Shown in pieces: positions 28,001 through 39,625 of a stretch of DNA of 64,000 nucleotides; within the stretch, counting starts at the first letter, position 1; each line of letters starts with the position of its first letter. Below the pieces are notes generated by a model. It was not told the origin of the DNA. It saw only the letters and a list, made by a program, of their open reading frames with translations, and made no database searches. Source of the DNA: Gnetum montanum (Eukaryota > Plantae > Gnetophyta); contig MNCI01000542.1 of NCBI GenBank assembly GCA_015680685.1, positions 499,889 to 563,888 on the forward strand. The letters run 5' to 3'. The position numbers and the translations under genes were made by a program.

Positions 28001-31000
28001 AGTTGGGCATTGACAAGAGACATCTTTGACTCAAAAGAGACATCTTAATTGAGAGCTAGAGTTGGATAGAAGACGTCTTGTCTTGGTAGTAAACATCTTG
28101 TCTTGATGGAAGATGTCTCATACTAGAAGGAGTCGTCTCTAGGGGAACTTTTTGCCTGTGCAGGAGACATCTTGTCTCTTGTGTAGACATCTTACCTGCA
28201 TGATGAATTTGCCAGAGAGACATCTCCTCAAACCTAAAGACGTGTTCATGATGGAAACTTTCCAAGATGGTTTGTTTGAGGTAGGAAACAACTGGGATTT
28301 TCGAGTTTGGTTTGGGAAAGATTTCTCTAATATGTTAGCTTTGTGTTTGACAAATTAGGTTTGTGTTGCATGTTCTTGTGAAGAGAGTTGAAGGAGAGTT
28401 GCACGAGAGTTCATGTGCATCGTGGTGGTCAACCAAGTGTGTGGGGGTTTTGACCATTGTGTGGGATCTTGGTCTTGGGTGTGAGGAAAGAGATCCAAAT
28501 CAACTATACTTTGCAGTTAGGTCGATCGTGTGTGATTGTAGAGCCTCTTGATCTGCAATATCGTTGAGTATGTTGTTATGTATTCTACAATATTGTATTT
28601 TGTAATCTGTTTTTAGATTTAATAGAAGATAACTAGTTTTCTTGTTTTCTAGCAAATTATTTGTCTTGCATGCAATGTAGATTTGGTGTGTTTTGAAAGG
28701 TTAATCAAATCAGAGTGACCTTGCTCCACTCCTAGCATTGTAATTCAAACATTATTAATGATCAAAGTCGGGCCATGTGCACCAGCAGGATATACAGCTA
28801 AAAAATATGCTGCAAATGCAAAACTCACTTTTCAATTTTCCTGTTTGTTGGTAGTCAGACCAAGAAGTTACCAGTTTAGCAGCCTCATTTTCTAACACGT
28901 AAAGGAGGCTTGTAGTGTTGAGGAAATTTAGATTTGGGGCACATCCAAGAATTATCTCAGATCTTAGATTTCCATCAAGAAACATGATCAATCAAAATAG
29001 TGAAATCTAGGCATTGTAAAATTTTCACTACAAATTTTACACAATTTTTTTCAGCCACAAATATGGTAATTAAAATTTGAATTGCTAATATGTTTAATAT
29101 TATTATGCACATTCTCCTATCAATTACATCATGCATGTTCTTCAATGTTTAATTCAAGGAAAATAAAATACAGTTAAACCATGAAAAGTTAACAAACCAA
29201 ATTAAGAAACATATCCCAAGAGTATGCTAGAATCCCCTTTCTCTTGAATTCTTCTTCTTGTTGTGATGTAATGCTGGTAAACGAAACTACAACTGTAGCA
29301 TAAAAATAGGAAACACAGATCATTAAATCTATTCAGTATGTTAAGCTAGACTATAAGGAGACAAAAACAAGTCCAGCTCACCCTTCACTTGGCTAGAATC
29401 GTTTTGAACAGCATTTAGCAACTGCAGAAACATAACAGATCAAAATTAATTAATTTTTAATTAAAATAGTGATCCTGTGTTCTGAAAATTTCAAAAATGC
29501 TAAATCATTTTTTAAAATTCCAAGTCATCTTACATTGGAAATTTTGTCATCCTGAACGAATACAATGCTGATCTCAGCATGCAACAAAATGAACTCAACA
29601 GCATTTTCTCCTTTTATGCATGCAATTTTTCAACACAAGAAAATTAATTTATATCTGACAGAAAAATTAAACAAGTTATTATTTGATAAATGAAAAAGTT
29701 AAGGCATTTACCAACAGCGTCATATATGGGAACACAAGTAATGTTTTGGCTGCAACAAGCCTGCAAAATGCGAGCCATTAAAGCTTTGCCATATTAACTC
29801 AAAACATTATTACATTTTATCCAGATCCAAACAAACATGTTGACAGCAGATGAAATTTCTTTTTGGCTTAGGGAAAGTCTTAATATAAATGAACAAGCTC
29901 ATTCATGAATAACAATTTCAATTTTTCCTTGAAAATTGAAAGAACAATATAGTCTCTTTCATGTCACACAGGAATGAAAGCACCGAGTGAAAAAAACAGA
30001 ATATAGACTTCAAGAATTGTTCCGTATAGCAATACACTGTATGCTCACTCAATCTTAAATATTGAAATTTAAAGGTAAAATCATAGTTTTGCTGCCAAAA
30101 TGTTGTTTAAAGTTTTCAGAATTATTTGAGTGCTGTTAGACGCATACACTGCAAACAGATATCACAGGCTTGATCTCAATAGAAATTTACACAAAAATCA
30201 ATTAATAAATATAGAAATTAAAGAAAGAAAATAAAAATATTTTAACTTAGTAAAAAAAAAAGATGAATTTTATAAAGCTATGCTTACTACACCCATCAAA
30301 TAAATAGGACATAAAGAAAACAAACATTAAACACAACTGACAAAAAAACACCATTCAAAGCTGGCAGCTAACAAGAAACTTTAAGGACAGAGAATATAAT
30401 ATTCACATTGTTGCTATTGAATTGCCAAACTGTTTCTGTACAAATATGCTTTTAGAAAATAACTGTAAATATAATTACAATCTTACAGAAAGAGTTGAAT
30501 AGCTAATGCTTAAAGACAAACCTCCATTGCAATAATCCACTGAGGGCAATTTTTTCCATATATGCCACACTTTGCTTTCTGTAGATTATAGAATGATACC
30601 GTGAAAAACTTTAGCATGCAAATACATTGCACACGGAAGATACAATCAATTCTGAAGATTTTTCTTAAAAGAAAATAATGAAATAGAAATTTCAAAATGT
30701 CATACAGTACTAATGTCCTAAACAGTAAATAAGACTTCTGAACTCACTGGCAAAATCCCACTTGTCCACATTGCATATCCAATATTCAGCACCTTATCAA
30801 AGACTTCCTCATACGTTTGCCATACATACTTTCCTGCCTAGGAATGATAAATACCCTCATTGTTAAAATGAACTGATAAATAAAATTCCTATTAACTATG
30901 CTTATATTCGGTGGAAGAAAATGATATGGCCTGCTAAATTCTCAAGACAAGGGAATTGGCCACACGTGTAAAAGATGGGAAACCTAAATCTCAAAGGAAC

Positions 31001-34000
31001 ATAGACAATAGATTTATGCCAGAAAATCTGATGAGGTGTACTGTTAAATGGTTATTGGAAATACAAATAAACAGTAGTCTTTTGGCAAATTAAGATGCAC
31101 AGGAAGTCAAGGCAGCAACTTTAGTATCATTCACTTTGATTGACCTCTAAACATGGTATGTTCCTATGTTTTTCTGGGATCAATATTTTGAGAAGCAATC
31201 AGTGAGGCATGGCTCACTTGGTTAAAGCATGTGGATTATGGCTTGCAAGTGCTAATTTCAAGGCTATTGGAGTATGCTAAGAAACATGCCAAGCTGGGGA
31301 CATGATAAAAATAGATGTCCAGGCTATGGCATCAGGTGGATAGCCAGCCACAGATATCATCATCATTTCCTTTACCTAGCTTAATAGGTCAATTGCTGCG
31401 AAGGTTGCAGGTTTGAGACTTGCATGGTCCAATACTAATTAATTTCTCAGTGAGGCTCACAAGGGCTATGTTGAGACACATGCCGCCACCAGGGGGCATG
31501 GCAAAAAAATACATTTAGGACTGTCTTGGGTAGATAGCCAACTATGGTAAATTATCATCAAATCATTTACCTATCTTAACAAATTATTCCATGTTAATAG
31601 GATAAAGGCACCAAGATGATGGTGAATCTAGCATAACTCAAATTTGCAAATCAACAAATTACCAGTTGAAATGCCATAGGACCTGCAAGACCAACATTTT
31701 GTATGTGCTCATTATTGTAGAACTTTTCTCATTGGGTTTGTAGCTCTGTTATCTATTTACTACTTCATTTGGTTGTGATTTCTAGACATTATTCAAAATA
31801 ACATTGATATCGTCTTCAGGAACATTATAAACACTTCATCCCAACATTTTGAAATTTTGAATCCCATAACTTTTTATATTCTAAATATTTTAAATCCTCT
31901 ATCATTTATCTATAAGCATAAATTTGAATAGAATGCAAAGCTTCTGGATGCTATTGAGGCCACGTATGCTGAAATAATTGAGAGTGGTAAGTAGACTCTC
32001 TGATTCACTAATATAAAAATTTCCTGGATGTGCGTGGCCAGAAGAAATAAATTCATAGGTTAAAACCGTAGTCGTTAATTCTCAAAGTAAGTAAAGGCAT
32101 GGAATCATTTCATCATGAAAATAGTGTGGACTTCCTGAAATTAATGAACATTGACACCGAAGATAAATATTAATTCAGTAGACTGGGTGTTTGATCATAA
32201 ATTTCTAAATGGGCCAGCTTTACAGCTCAATGGTTAACACATTGATGATGATTTTGACATCCACTGGGTAACACTTTTGGCTCTTGCTGTGTTGAACGTA
32301 TAAGAGATCTACACTTGGTTTGATGGGCATATATTTAAGACCCAGCAAGAAGAGATCCTTAACGTAATTTGAACAACAAATTTAATCACATTAAATAACT
32401 GAAATTATGCATCAAAAGCTTTTCACTAATGAAACACCATACACAACGCCATAGTTTCAAGATGACATTCCCAATTTAAAAAGAAAAAGGAAGAGGGATG
32501 CAACAAACCACTTCTCCTTGAGTTTTAGCATTAACAATTGTAACAGTCTTTCTATGTGTTTATGTGAATGTTTTGTTGACAAGTTGTGTGTGTGTTTTGT
32601 TTGAACTGTGGTGGAAATCGCTAATTGGAATAGTAATAAATTTGTTGACCAAATTTTTATATGTATTATGATTAAATGTTTAAATACTTTATGCATAAGA
32701 AATATGATTTAAAATACATGATGGGGATGTTTTAAAATAATAAAATAAATAATATATGGGAAAACAAAATATTTTCTATTCTATTTCAATAAAGATGCTA
32801 AGAAACAAAAGAAAAATAGAGGACAATACTCTAAGGTGTGCTTCAAGAGCTAAAATAGGTATGTTGAGGTGCAAAAAAATGCTCATATTGAGGAACTTGA
32901 CCTATGAATCAAGTTGGGGAACCTGACCCATGAATTAGAGATATTGTGTGCAAATACCGTAGCTTTATATTTTTTTTTCCTTTTATCTAAATGTGTTGCA
33001 TTGCTATTTTTAATTTAAAATAATAAAATATAAGTACCCTCTCCATGGCTGTAAAAAGGTCACATGATGACCTTTCAAGGCTCATAAGACAATGGAAAAA
33101 TTCACATCACTAATGACCTGAAAAAGAAGGTGCCTTATTGGATTATGTATCCTAAACTGTCCTTATCATGAACCTATTTTGAAAACTTTTCCCTTGCATC
33201 TTATAACAAATCTGAATGATAAAGAGATAGATATTATGTTGTAATGTTTTGTAATTATCAAGAGAAATTGAACCTGAGATCTAGCAAAATCTGAATTCTG
33301 AAATATCAAAAATTGTTGATTTAGAAATTGAACTTGGAACCTATGAATATACATATTTTATTGATTTTTTTATTGTGATCATGAAGAGAATTGAACTCAT
33401 GACTCATTGCTGAGAAAAAAAGAGAGAGAACTTTAAAAAGAAAGAAAAGAAAAGAAACAATTCCTAAGAAGTCAGTTACAAAAAACCATCCATCTTGTTT
33501 TGTGTGTTGCTGGAAATTATAAAATATTATTATGTGATTGAACAAATCTGAGATTATTAATTTATATGCTTTTGTGGTCATTTCTTTGGTTTACAAATGT
33601 GTAAATGATTCTAATTAGATATTTATTTTTAGGTTGAATTAAAAAAAAAAGTTTGATTTTTTTTAATCTGATGAATCTTGAACATATATTTTACTATGGC
33701 TATTTCTTTTTAAAATTATCTCTTAATTCTTAAAATTAATATTGATTGACCTATTTCAGAGCTAGATCTAGGCGTTGTTGATTTCATTTTAATTTTATAG
33801 GTTAATGTTAGTTTGATTGTTGTAGAAAGAAAGGCACCTATGCATTTTCTTTTTTCAACTAGCTTTCTTTCTAGGGTCTTCGGGTATTAGCTCTTGCTCC
33901 CTATGAATGGGTGTTACAAGGAAGAAGTCAAATTAGTTAAGAAAATCAATCTCCACAAGTATGCTAACGTTCTCTTGGCTATCCTCCATCTCTTGACCCG

Positions 34001-36405
34001 AGAAAGCAAACTTATGTGATCAACAGAACATAAACTAAAAGCAAAATGCATTTGCCATTTGACAATGAGGTAATCCCAAGAGTCTGGCTTTCTATAACTT
34101 CTTTTAACCAGGAAAGAGTTAATATATTAAAATGCAAAATTCAGTCTACCTATCATGAGGCCTCATGGGCTTGTCAAGGTATCATAGGAAGGGTATATGG
34201 ATTTGCAAGACATGGTTATGCATAGGTCTACCAAGACACGTCAAAACATGAGAGAAGCATCGAGAGATCGCACTTGAGATGGCTAACATAGGGATTTAAT
34301 GCCCCATCAAACAAAACCCAAAACAGGCTTTCTATGAATTGTACAAGTTCAAACATTAAGAAATTTATGAACTCCAGTTATTTCTTTTAGGAATTCTGGC
34401 AAAAAATCGAATGGTGAAAAAACAAACAAAAAACCGCTTATACTAGTGTTGCAATTTCAAATTACATCAGCGTACGCTGCATGAAAATAATCTTGAAAAC
34501 TTAACAGGTAGCCATAACTGACAATTAAGATAAAGGCATCCTATTCAGGAGTATGCATATTCTCTTTTTCTTTCCTTCAATAGTTTTCCCTTGTAAAACT
34601 TTTTGCAAACAATATTTGGAAAAGAATTAAGAAAGCATAAAGTGGTAAATAATTAAATCAAATTAGGTACCTTTCCATTTTCGATTTCCCTGTGCCCAAG
34701 CATTCTCCTAGAAGCGTTTCTCTTGCAAGAAGAACTGATGTAAAATTGACAAGCAACAGTTATACTAACCAACATGCCATTTAACAGAAATAGCATTTAC
34801 AAGAAAAAACAGCAACTAGGATTGAACTTCCGGAATGCAACGTATAACAGATAAGGAAGAGTTGCCATATCTGCCAAATAATCTAGGCATTCAAACAATG
34901 GCAATAGATACCCCAACTAAAAAGAACGTAAAAGAAGATCCAGCTAAAAGTACAGTGCCATATTCAAAACAAATCAATGTACCTGACGCTAATGCTGGTC
35001 CAGCATATCAACATTCTCAAAATGTGACAGCTTGTAAAAGAAGATCCAGCTAAAAGTACAGTGCCATATTCAAAACAAATCAATGTACCTGACGCTAATG
35101 CTGGTCCAGCATATCAACATTCTCAAAATGTGACAGCTTTCAACAAATCATTTTTAGTTGAAATTAGAGTCTGGGATTTTTCTAATTAAATGTATCATAC
35201 GTTTATAAAATAGATGTCTGCACATAGATATGCATGATGTGCAGGATGGAATGGATAGTTATGGGTATTAGCGTTGTGTAATATATCTAACCATGGTTCA
35301 CTTCAGTCTGGCTTCAGGTAATTTGAATTTTCCCTTCAAAAGCCTTTGTTTGGAGACTTCATGGAAAACTCTACCAACTCCATCCCACACTCTAAATAAG
35401 CAGTATCAAAGCAAGTTTCTGCATGTATCAAAGCAAGTTTCTATTTGGAACCTACTCAGTTTTTAATGCAGAAGCTTAATCACATTAGAGTTAAACATCA
35501 CCCATACTTGTGAATTTATTTCTTGCACTATTCGCCACTATGCAACCTTTACTTTACTATTCTTACTCCATTTATAGTTACAGAAATTATAACTGCAATC
35601 TCATAAGTTTTGTGACATTATTTCATTAATTTAAAAGCCTACCCTGGCCGTTGTTTAATGTGTAAGTACCTTTTACAAAAAGTTATGGGAAAATGGAAAA
35701 ATCACGATTACTGCCCTTGATAAAATGGAAAAATCATCTGAACTCTGTTGAACGATTTCTTCTTTCATTTGAACTAAGTACCCGACACAAAAGCTGTCTC
35801 TTTGCACCACGTTTAAGCAAATCATTTTCAATGTCACTCCATCTTTTTGCCTATCAGTCAACATTTTACTTTGTTAATCGTCAAGTTCATAAATTTTTGT
35901 ATCTAAAGGCTGTCAGTAGTTTTATATTGTTTATAACCTATTATCAAAAGGTGCTTTTTTCCCCTCATTCAAGTTATTCTGGTCCCAGTGAAGCTTTTTT
36001 CACAGAAATTTTGTCTCTGTTTCAGCTTGAGTTCATATCACATGTACATTGAACAATCAAGTCTAATTAATTAGGTCAACTTTGCTCCATAACATGGAAG
36101 ATTTGAATTAGAGCTAGATGTGTATAAAACTTTGCTACGTGAGTGAATCCACGTAGCAATTAATAATTGACAGTGCAAAATAAATTCCCTTCAAGTCAAA
36201 TTCGTAATAATGAAATCTCTGAAGGTTTCCAGAGAATTTTGCATGAAGCACACCTGAAAGCATCCCAAGAAGTAGTTAAATGTGCAGGTGGCTCAGCAAA
36301 ACCATCCTTGACCCAAAAATTTCTAAATACCGCACTTACAGAAGGCTCCCCATCCTTTCCTGGGCGACTCGGCTCAACTTCCACACTGAAATGCTTCGGA
36401 TACAT
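13058..36405 (-). CDS. LACS1: Long-chain acyl-CoA synthetase (LACS1/CER8-like), 19 exons, 660 aa
   Basis: complement(join(13058-13099,13192-13311,13435-13617,13696-13835,14015-14260,14347-14464,14555-14630,14739-14805,14891-14978,15079-15189,15305-15472,29198-29292,29382-29421,29534-29610,29712-29760,30522-30578,30748-30837,34671-34734,36254-36405)) = 1983 nt, open and phase-consistent. Motifs [64 protein letters not shown]. Orthology to LACS1 is by recalled similarity. Confidence 0.95.
13192..13311 (-). CDS. LACS1: LACS exon 18
   Basis: LDGYERI...[19 protein letters not shown]. Confidence 0.95.
13435..13617 (-). CDS. LACS1: LACS exon 17
   Basis: [18 protein letters not shown]. Confidence 0.93.
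13696..13835 (-). CDS. LACS1: LACS exon 16
   Basis: [35 protein letters not shown]. Confidence 0.95.
14015..14260 (-). CDS. LACS1: LACS exon 15
   Basis: GLTETC...RGELCFRG...DGWFHT. Confidence 0.95.
14347..14464 (-). CDS. LACS1: LACS exon 14
   Basis: [20 protein letters not shown]...LQGY. Confidence 0.95.
14555..14630 (-). CDS. LACS1: LACS exon 13
   Basis: [25 protein letters not shown]. Confidence 0.93.
14739..14805 (-). CDS. LACS1: LACS exon 12
   Basis: [21 protein letters not shown]. Confidence 0.85.
14891..14978 (-). CDS. LACS1: LACS exon 11
   Basis: [22 protein letters not shown]. Confidence 0.93.
15079..15189 (-). CDS. LACS1: LACS exon 10
   Basis: [23 protein letters not shown]. 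Confidence 0.95.
15305..15472 (-). CDS. LACS1: LACS exon 9 (AMP-binding P-loop)
   Basis: [20 protein letters not shown]. Confidence 0.95.
16795..17420. repeat. Degenerate ~310-bp tandem duplication in LACS intron 8
   Basis: TGTTCCAATAATGCTAAAATCT at ~16810 and ~17124; TTCAAACAACA at ~17050 and ~17351. Confidence 0.75.
17426..18217 (+). repeat. 5' LTR of CRM-like element
   Basis: Aligns to 27891-28728; followed by PBS. Confidence 0.9.
18468..19413 (+). pseudogene. gag: CRM gag, 5' part (resumes at 24167 with zinc knuckle remnant)
   Basis: ORF 18468-19052 (IELKTFN...[10 protein letters not shown]) then decayed; interrupted by nested insertion. Confidence 0.75.
19414..24166. mobile_element. 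Large solo LTR, Tekay/Del-like, nested in CRM gag
   Basis: Ends TCTAACAACCC...GGGGTGTTACA, perfect TSD ATCCA (19409-19413/24167-24171), no internal PBS or pol, gag resumes after it. Confidence 0.82.
20461..21760 (-). pseudogene. Processed (retroposed) copy of a transposon accessory ORF resembling 'putative plant transposon protein' (Transposase_32-like)
   Basis: Poly(T) 20460-20469, 22-bp TSD CATGAGCTC(GA/AG)TTGTTTGCAAT at 20439-20460 and 21761-21782, GC-rich decayed [11 protein letters not shown]...QQFYNN...WRGRRIQI...ALG and [14 protein letters not shown]. Confidence 0.7.
24570..27815 (+). pseudogene. pol: CRM pol (protease, RT, RNase H, integrase, chromodomain), many stops and frameshifts
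   Basis: ILIDSGA; DVILRRPW; SPCAVP...[23 protein letters not shown]; [14 protein letters not shown]; [14 protein letters not shown]; [10 protein letters not shown]; GPFKV; [18 protein letters not shown]. Confidence 0.93.
27891..28728 (+). repeat. 3' LTR of CRM-like element
   Basis: Preceded by PPT, ends CCA followed by TSD. Confidence 0.9.
29198..29292 (-). CDS. LACS1: LACS exon 8
   Basis: [31 protein letters not shown]. Confidence 0.9.
29382..29421 (-). CDS. LACS1: LACS exon 7
   Basis: [13 protein letters not shown], phase-consistent. Confidence 0.85.
29534..29610 (-). CDS. LACS1: LACS exon 6
   Basis: [25 protein letters not shown]. Confidence 0.92.
29712..29760 (-). CDS. LACS1: LACS exon 5
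   Basis: [16 protein letters not shown]. Confidence 0.92.
30522..30578 (-). CDS. LACS1: LACS exon 4
   Basis: [19 protein letters not shown]. Confidence 0.93.
30748..30837 (-). CDS. LACS1: LACS exon 3
   Basis: [24 protein letters not shown]. Confidence 0.92.
31205..31580 (+). repeat. Two tandem degenerate SINE-like (tRNA-headed) remnants in intron 2
   Basis: A-box-like TGGCTCACTTGG, B-box-like GGTTTGAGAC, shared body ACATGCC...GGATAGCCA...ATCATCA. Confidence 0.35.
34671..34734 (-). CDS. LACS1: LACS exon 2
   Basis: [25 protein letters not shown]. Confidence 0.88.
34928..35139. repeat. Perfect 106-bp tandem duplication in LACS intron 1
   Basis: 34928-35033 equals 35034-35139. Confidence 0.92.
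36254..36405 (-). CDS. LACS1: LACS exon 1
   Basis: [29 protein letters not shown]...SWDAF, donor GTGTGC. Confidence 0.88.
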
Positions 36406-36606
36406 TTCCAAACCTGCAACACAAGCCACTTCACCAAGTCTAAATCCAAATAAAACTCACAACTCCATGAAACGGAAACAAATGCAAATAAAAATCCAAA
36501 TATTAGATGGGATATTAGAGTTGTAAATTTGGTTGTTTTGTTTCGTTGCGAATGTAATTTTCTTAACTCATAACATGTGTATTTCCCATGACCAAAAGAT
36601 CCAGAC

Positions 36607-36614
36607 TATATATA
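36607..36614 (-). promoter_or_regulatory. Candidate TATA box of LACS
   Basis: TATATATA ~200 bp upstream of ATG; ABRE-like TACGTGGC at ~37103-37110. Confidence 0.5.
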
Positions 36615-37261
36615 CAGACGTAATAAAGTTTCGGTTTCGGAAGGAAAGCACAATTCCATGAAACGGAAGCCAATGCAAACAAAAATCCTCAAGCAACGAA
36701 GGAACCCTCCAAACATCCAAAGTGTACTCAAATTTCATCCAACCTCAGGCATAACACATCCTCTGCAAAACTTCTTCGTTCTACAGCACTTTGGCAGGCT
36801 TGCAGGCAAAAATCCTTACCAGTGGCCTAAGCTATTTAATGAATTGCACCTGAACTACGTGAACCCTGAGCGTCACGTCGAGAAAATAACGTCCAACGAC
36901 TGCCATCATTCTCATTGAATGATTTTGGCAGAGGTTGGATGAAGCACAATGTTCATGGCTGCAATCCGCAAACGTTGGCCTTCCTGACATTGTGGCAATA
37001 CCCATGGTGCTGTGCTGTTGCTCCCGTGACACGGAGAGCTGTTTTTGCAACCCAATTCATTTTTCCACCTTGTTACAGCAATTACTCTATGTTGCTACAA
37101 ACGCCACGTATTCTTAAAGTTTTGCGTTTTTGGTTGTAGAAATGGGATCCCATTTCAGAACGCTGTTCTCCATTAACAGTTACAGTTACCATCACGGGTC
37201 GAAACCTTTCATAGCAGATTGAAACGTTTTTAGTATATAATTTTTTTTAACTTATTTTTTA

Positions 37262-39625
37262 ATTTATGGCTTCAAATATATGATATGGAAGAATTTGAAG
37301 TGATTTATTTTCAACTATTGCAAGTGCTTCAAACTCTCTGGAACTCTTTTGAATTAAATACACATCTATTTCAAATTGAATGTGTGAAAGGGAAAACATG
37401 GAAAAAAAAAAAGGTATAACCACTACTCTGAACAAGGAGGACAATGAGCAGCACATGCAAGTAAACCATTTGGACTATTTGGGACCTACTCTGTAAACAC
37501 TAGTACTACTACTTCTCCATGACCACAAATTGTTCTCTTTTGAATTAAATACACATCTATTTCAAATTGAATGTGTGAAAGAGAAAACATGAAAAAAAAA
37601 ATTTACAACCACTACTCTAGCAAGGATGACAATGAGCAGCATATACAAGTGAACCATTTGGGACCTACTCTATAAACACTACTATTGTTGTTTCTCTATG
37701 ACCACAAATTGTTCTCTTTTGAATTAAATACGTGTCTATTTCAAATTGAATGTGTGAAAGGGAAAACATGGAAAAAAAAAATTTACAACCACTACTCTAG
37801 CAAGGAGAACAATGAGCAACACATGCAAGTGAACCATTTGGGACCATTTGGAACCTACTCTATAAACATTGCTACTGCTACTTCTCCATGGCCACAAATT
37901 GTTCTCTTTTGAATTAAATACGTGTCTATTTCAAATTGAATGTGTGAAAGGGAAAACATGGAAAAAAAAAATTTACAACCACTACTCTAGCAAGGAGAAC
38001 AATGAGCAACACATGCAAGTGAACCATTTGGGACCTACTTTGTAAACACTACTATTGTTGTTTTTCCATGGTCACAAATTGTTCTCTTTTGAATTAAATA
38101 CATGTCTATTTCAAATTGAATGTGTGAAAGGGAAAACATGGAGAAAAAAATTTACAACCACTACTCTAGCAAAGAGGACAATGAGCAGCACATGCAAGTG
38201 AACCATTTTGAACCATTTGGGACCTACTCTGTCAACACTACTACTGCTACTTCTCCATGGCCACAAATTGTTCTCTTTTGAATTAAATACACGTCTATTT
38301 CAAATTTAATGTGTGAAAGGGAAAACATGGAAAAAAAATTTACAACCACTACTCTGGCAAGGAGGACAATGAGTAGCACATGCAAGTGAACCATTTGGAA
38401 CCTACTCTATAAACATTGCTACTGCTACTTCTCCATGGCCAGAAATTGTACAAATTTACAACCACTACTCTGGCAAGGAGACAATGAGCAACACATGCAA
38501 GTGAACCATTTGGGACCTACTCTGTAAACACCACTGCTGCTGTTTCTCCATGGTCACAAATTGTAAAAATTTACAACCACTATTCCGGTAAGGAGGACAA
38601 TGAGCAACACATGCAAGTGAACCATTTGAGACCATTTGGGATCTACTCTGTAAACACTACTACTATTGCTTCTCCATGGCCACAAATTGTTCATCAACTC
38701 TGTGGCAAACTACTACCTTTACAACAACCATTTCTCCTTCCTCTACAAAATTGGCAAAACCATCCATTCAAAGACCATTTTTGTACATTATCTTTACATT
38801 GGTCTTTCTTTCACTTACAAGTTTCCCTTTGAGTTAGAATTTCTTATTACAATAAATAGTATGTGATGTATGTGAAGGATCTAAATGTTAGCCAAGCCAA
38901 CCATTATTATTATTATTTATTCACTTCAAGGCTCACCACCACTTCGTTGTGGTGGATGGGAATGACTTGAATTTTATAGCTTCAAATATATGATATGAAA
39001 GGATTTAAAGTGGTTTATTTTCAACTACTGCATTTGCTTCAAACTCTCTAGAATTCTCTTGAACTAAATGCAAATCTATTTCAAATTGAATGTGTGAAAG
39101 GGCAAATATGGAAGGAAAAAATTTTATGGCCACTTCTATGACACGAAGTGCTTTATCTTCAACTACTATATCTACTTTAACCGTTTATGACCGCTCGTGA
39201 ACTAAGTGCAAGTCTATTTTGAATTGAATGTGTGAAAGGGCAAACATGGAAAAAAAAATTTACAGCCACTTCTATGGTAAAGATGACAATGAGCACACAT
39301 GCAAGTGAACCATTTTAGGCCTACGTTATGAACATTGCTACTATTGTCGCTTCTCCATGGTCACAAATTGTTCGTCAACTCTATGGTAAATCACTACCTC
39401 TACAACAACCATCCATTCAAAAACCATTTTTTTACATTATCTTTTTTATTGGTCTTTCTTGTACTTACATGCTTTCCTTAGAGTTAAAGTTTCTTATTAC
39501 AATAAATACATACAGTATGTGATTTATGTGAACGAACGTTAACGAAGCCAACCATTTTTATTATTATTTATTTACTTCCAAGTTCACCACTGCTTTGTAG
39601 TGGATCCGAACAACTTAAATTTCAA
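37262..39625. repeat. Tandem array of ~180-190-bp monomers (6 full plus 2 partial, 37343-38690) inside a larger degenerate duplication (37262-38960 vs 38970-39625)
   Basis: CTCTTTTGAATTAAATAC monomer starts at ~37343, 37534, 37713, 37903, 38083, 38273. Confidence 0.93.

Larger units (their letters stand above)
17426..28728 (+). mobile_element. Decayed Ty3/gypsy chromovirus, CRM-like, in LACS intron 8 (antisense to host gene)
   Basis: LTRs 17426-18217 and 27891-28728, TSD CTACT/CTCCT, PBS TGGTATCAGAG (tRNA-Met) at 18222, PPT 27876-27889, gag-PR-RT-RH-INT-chromodomain order. Confidence 0.93.

Noticed and set aside
17426-28728. Autonomous or active retroelement
   Set aside because: Every pol-bearing element here has multiple stops and frameshifts, and the CRM LTRs are clearly diverged
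32700-33800. Possible MITE/MULE remnant in intron 2 (palindrome AAAGGTCA...TGACCTTT ~33055-33075)
   Set aside because: No convincing terminal inverted repeats or TSD identifiable by eye
36406-36429. Upstream GTG start for LACS given by the ORF track
   Set aside because: ATG at 36405 yields a 660-aa protein of typical family length
36167-36526. 119-aa + strand ORF and other short ORFs antisense to LACS exons
   Set aside because: Shadow frames of real exons with no recognisable motifs
37343-38690. CRISPR-like or centromeric satellite interpretation
   Set aside because: Whole monomers repeat with no unique spacers and no cas genes; the array is only ~1.3 kb and next to a gene
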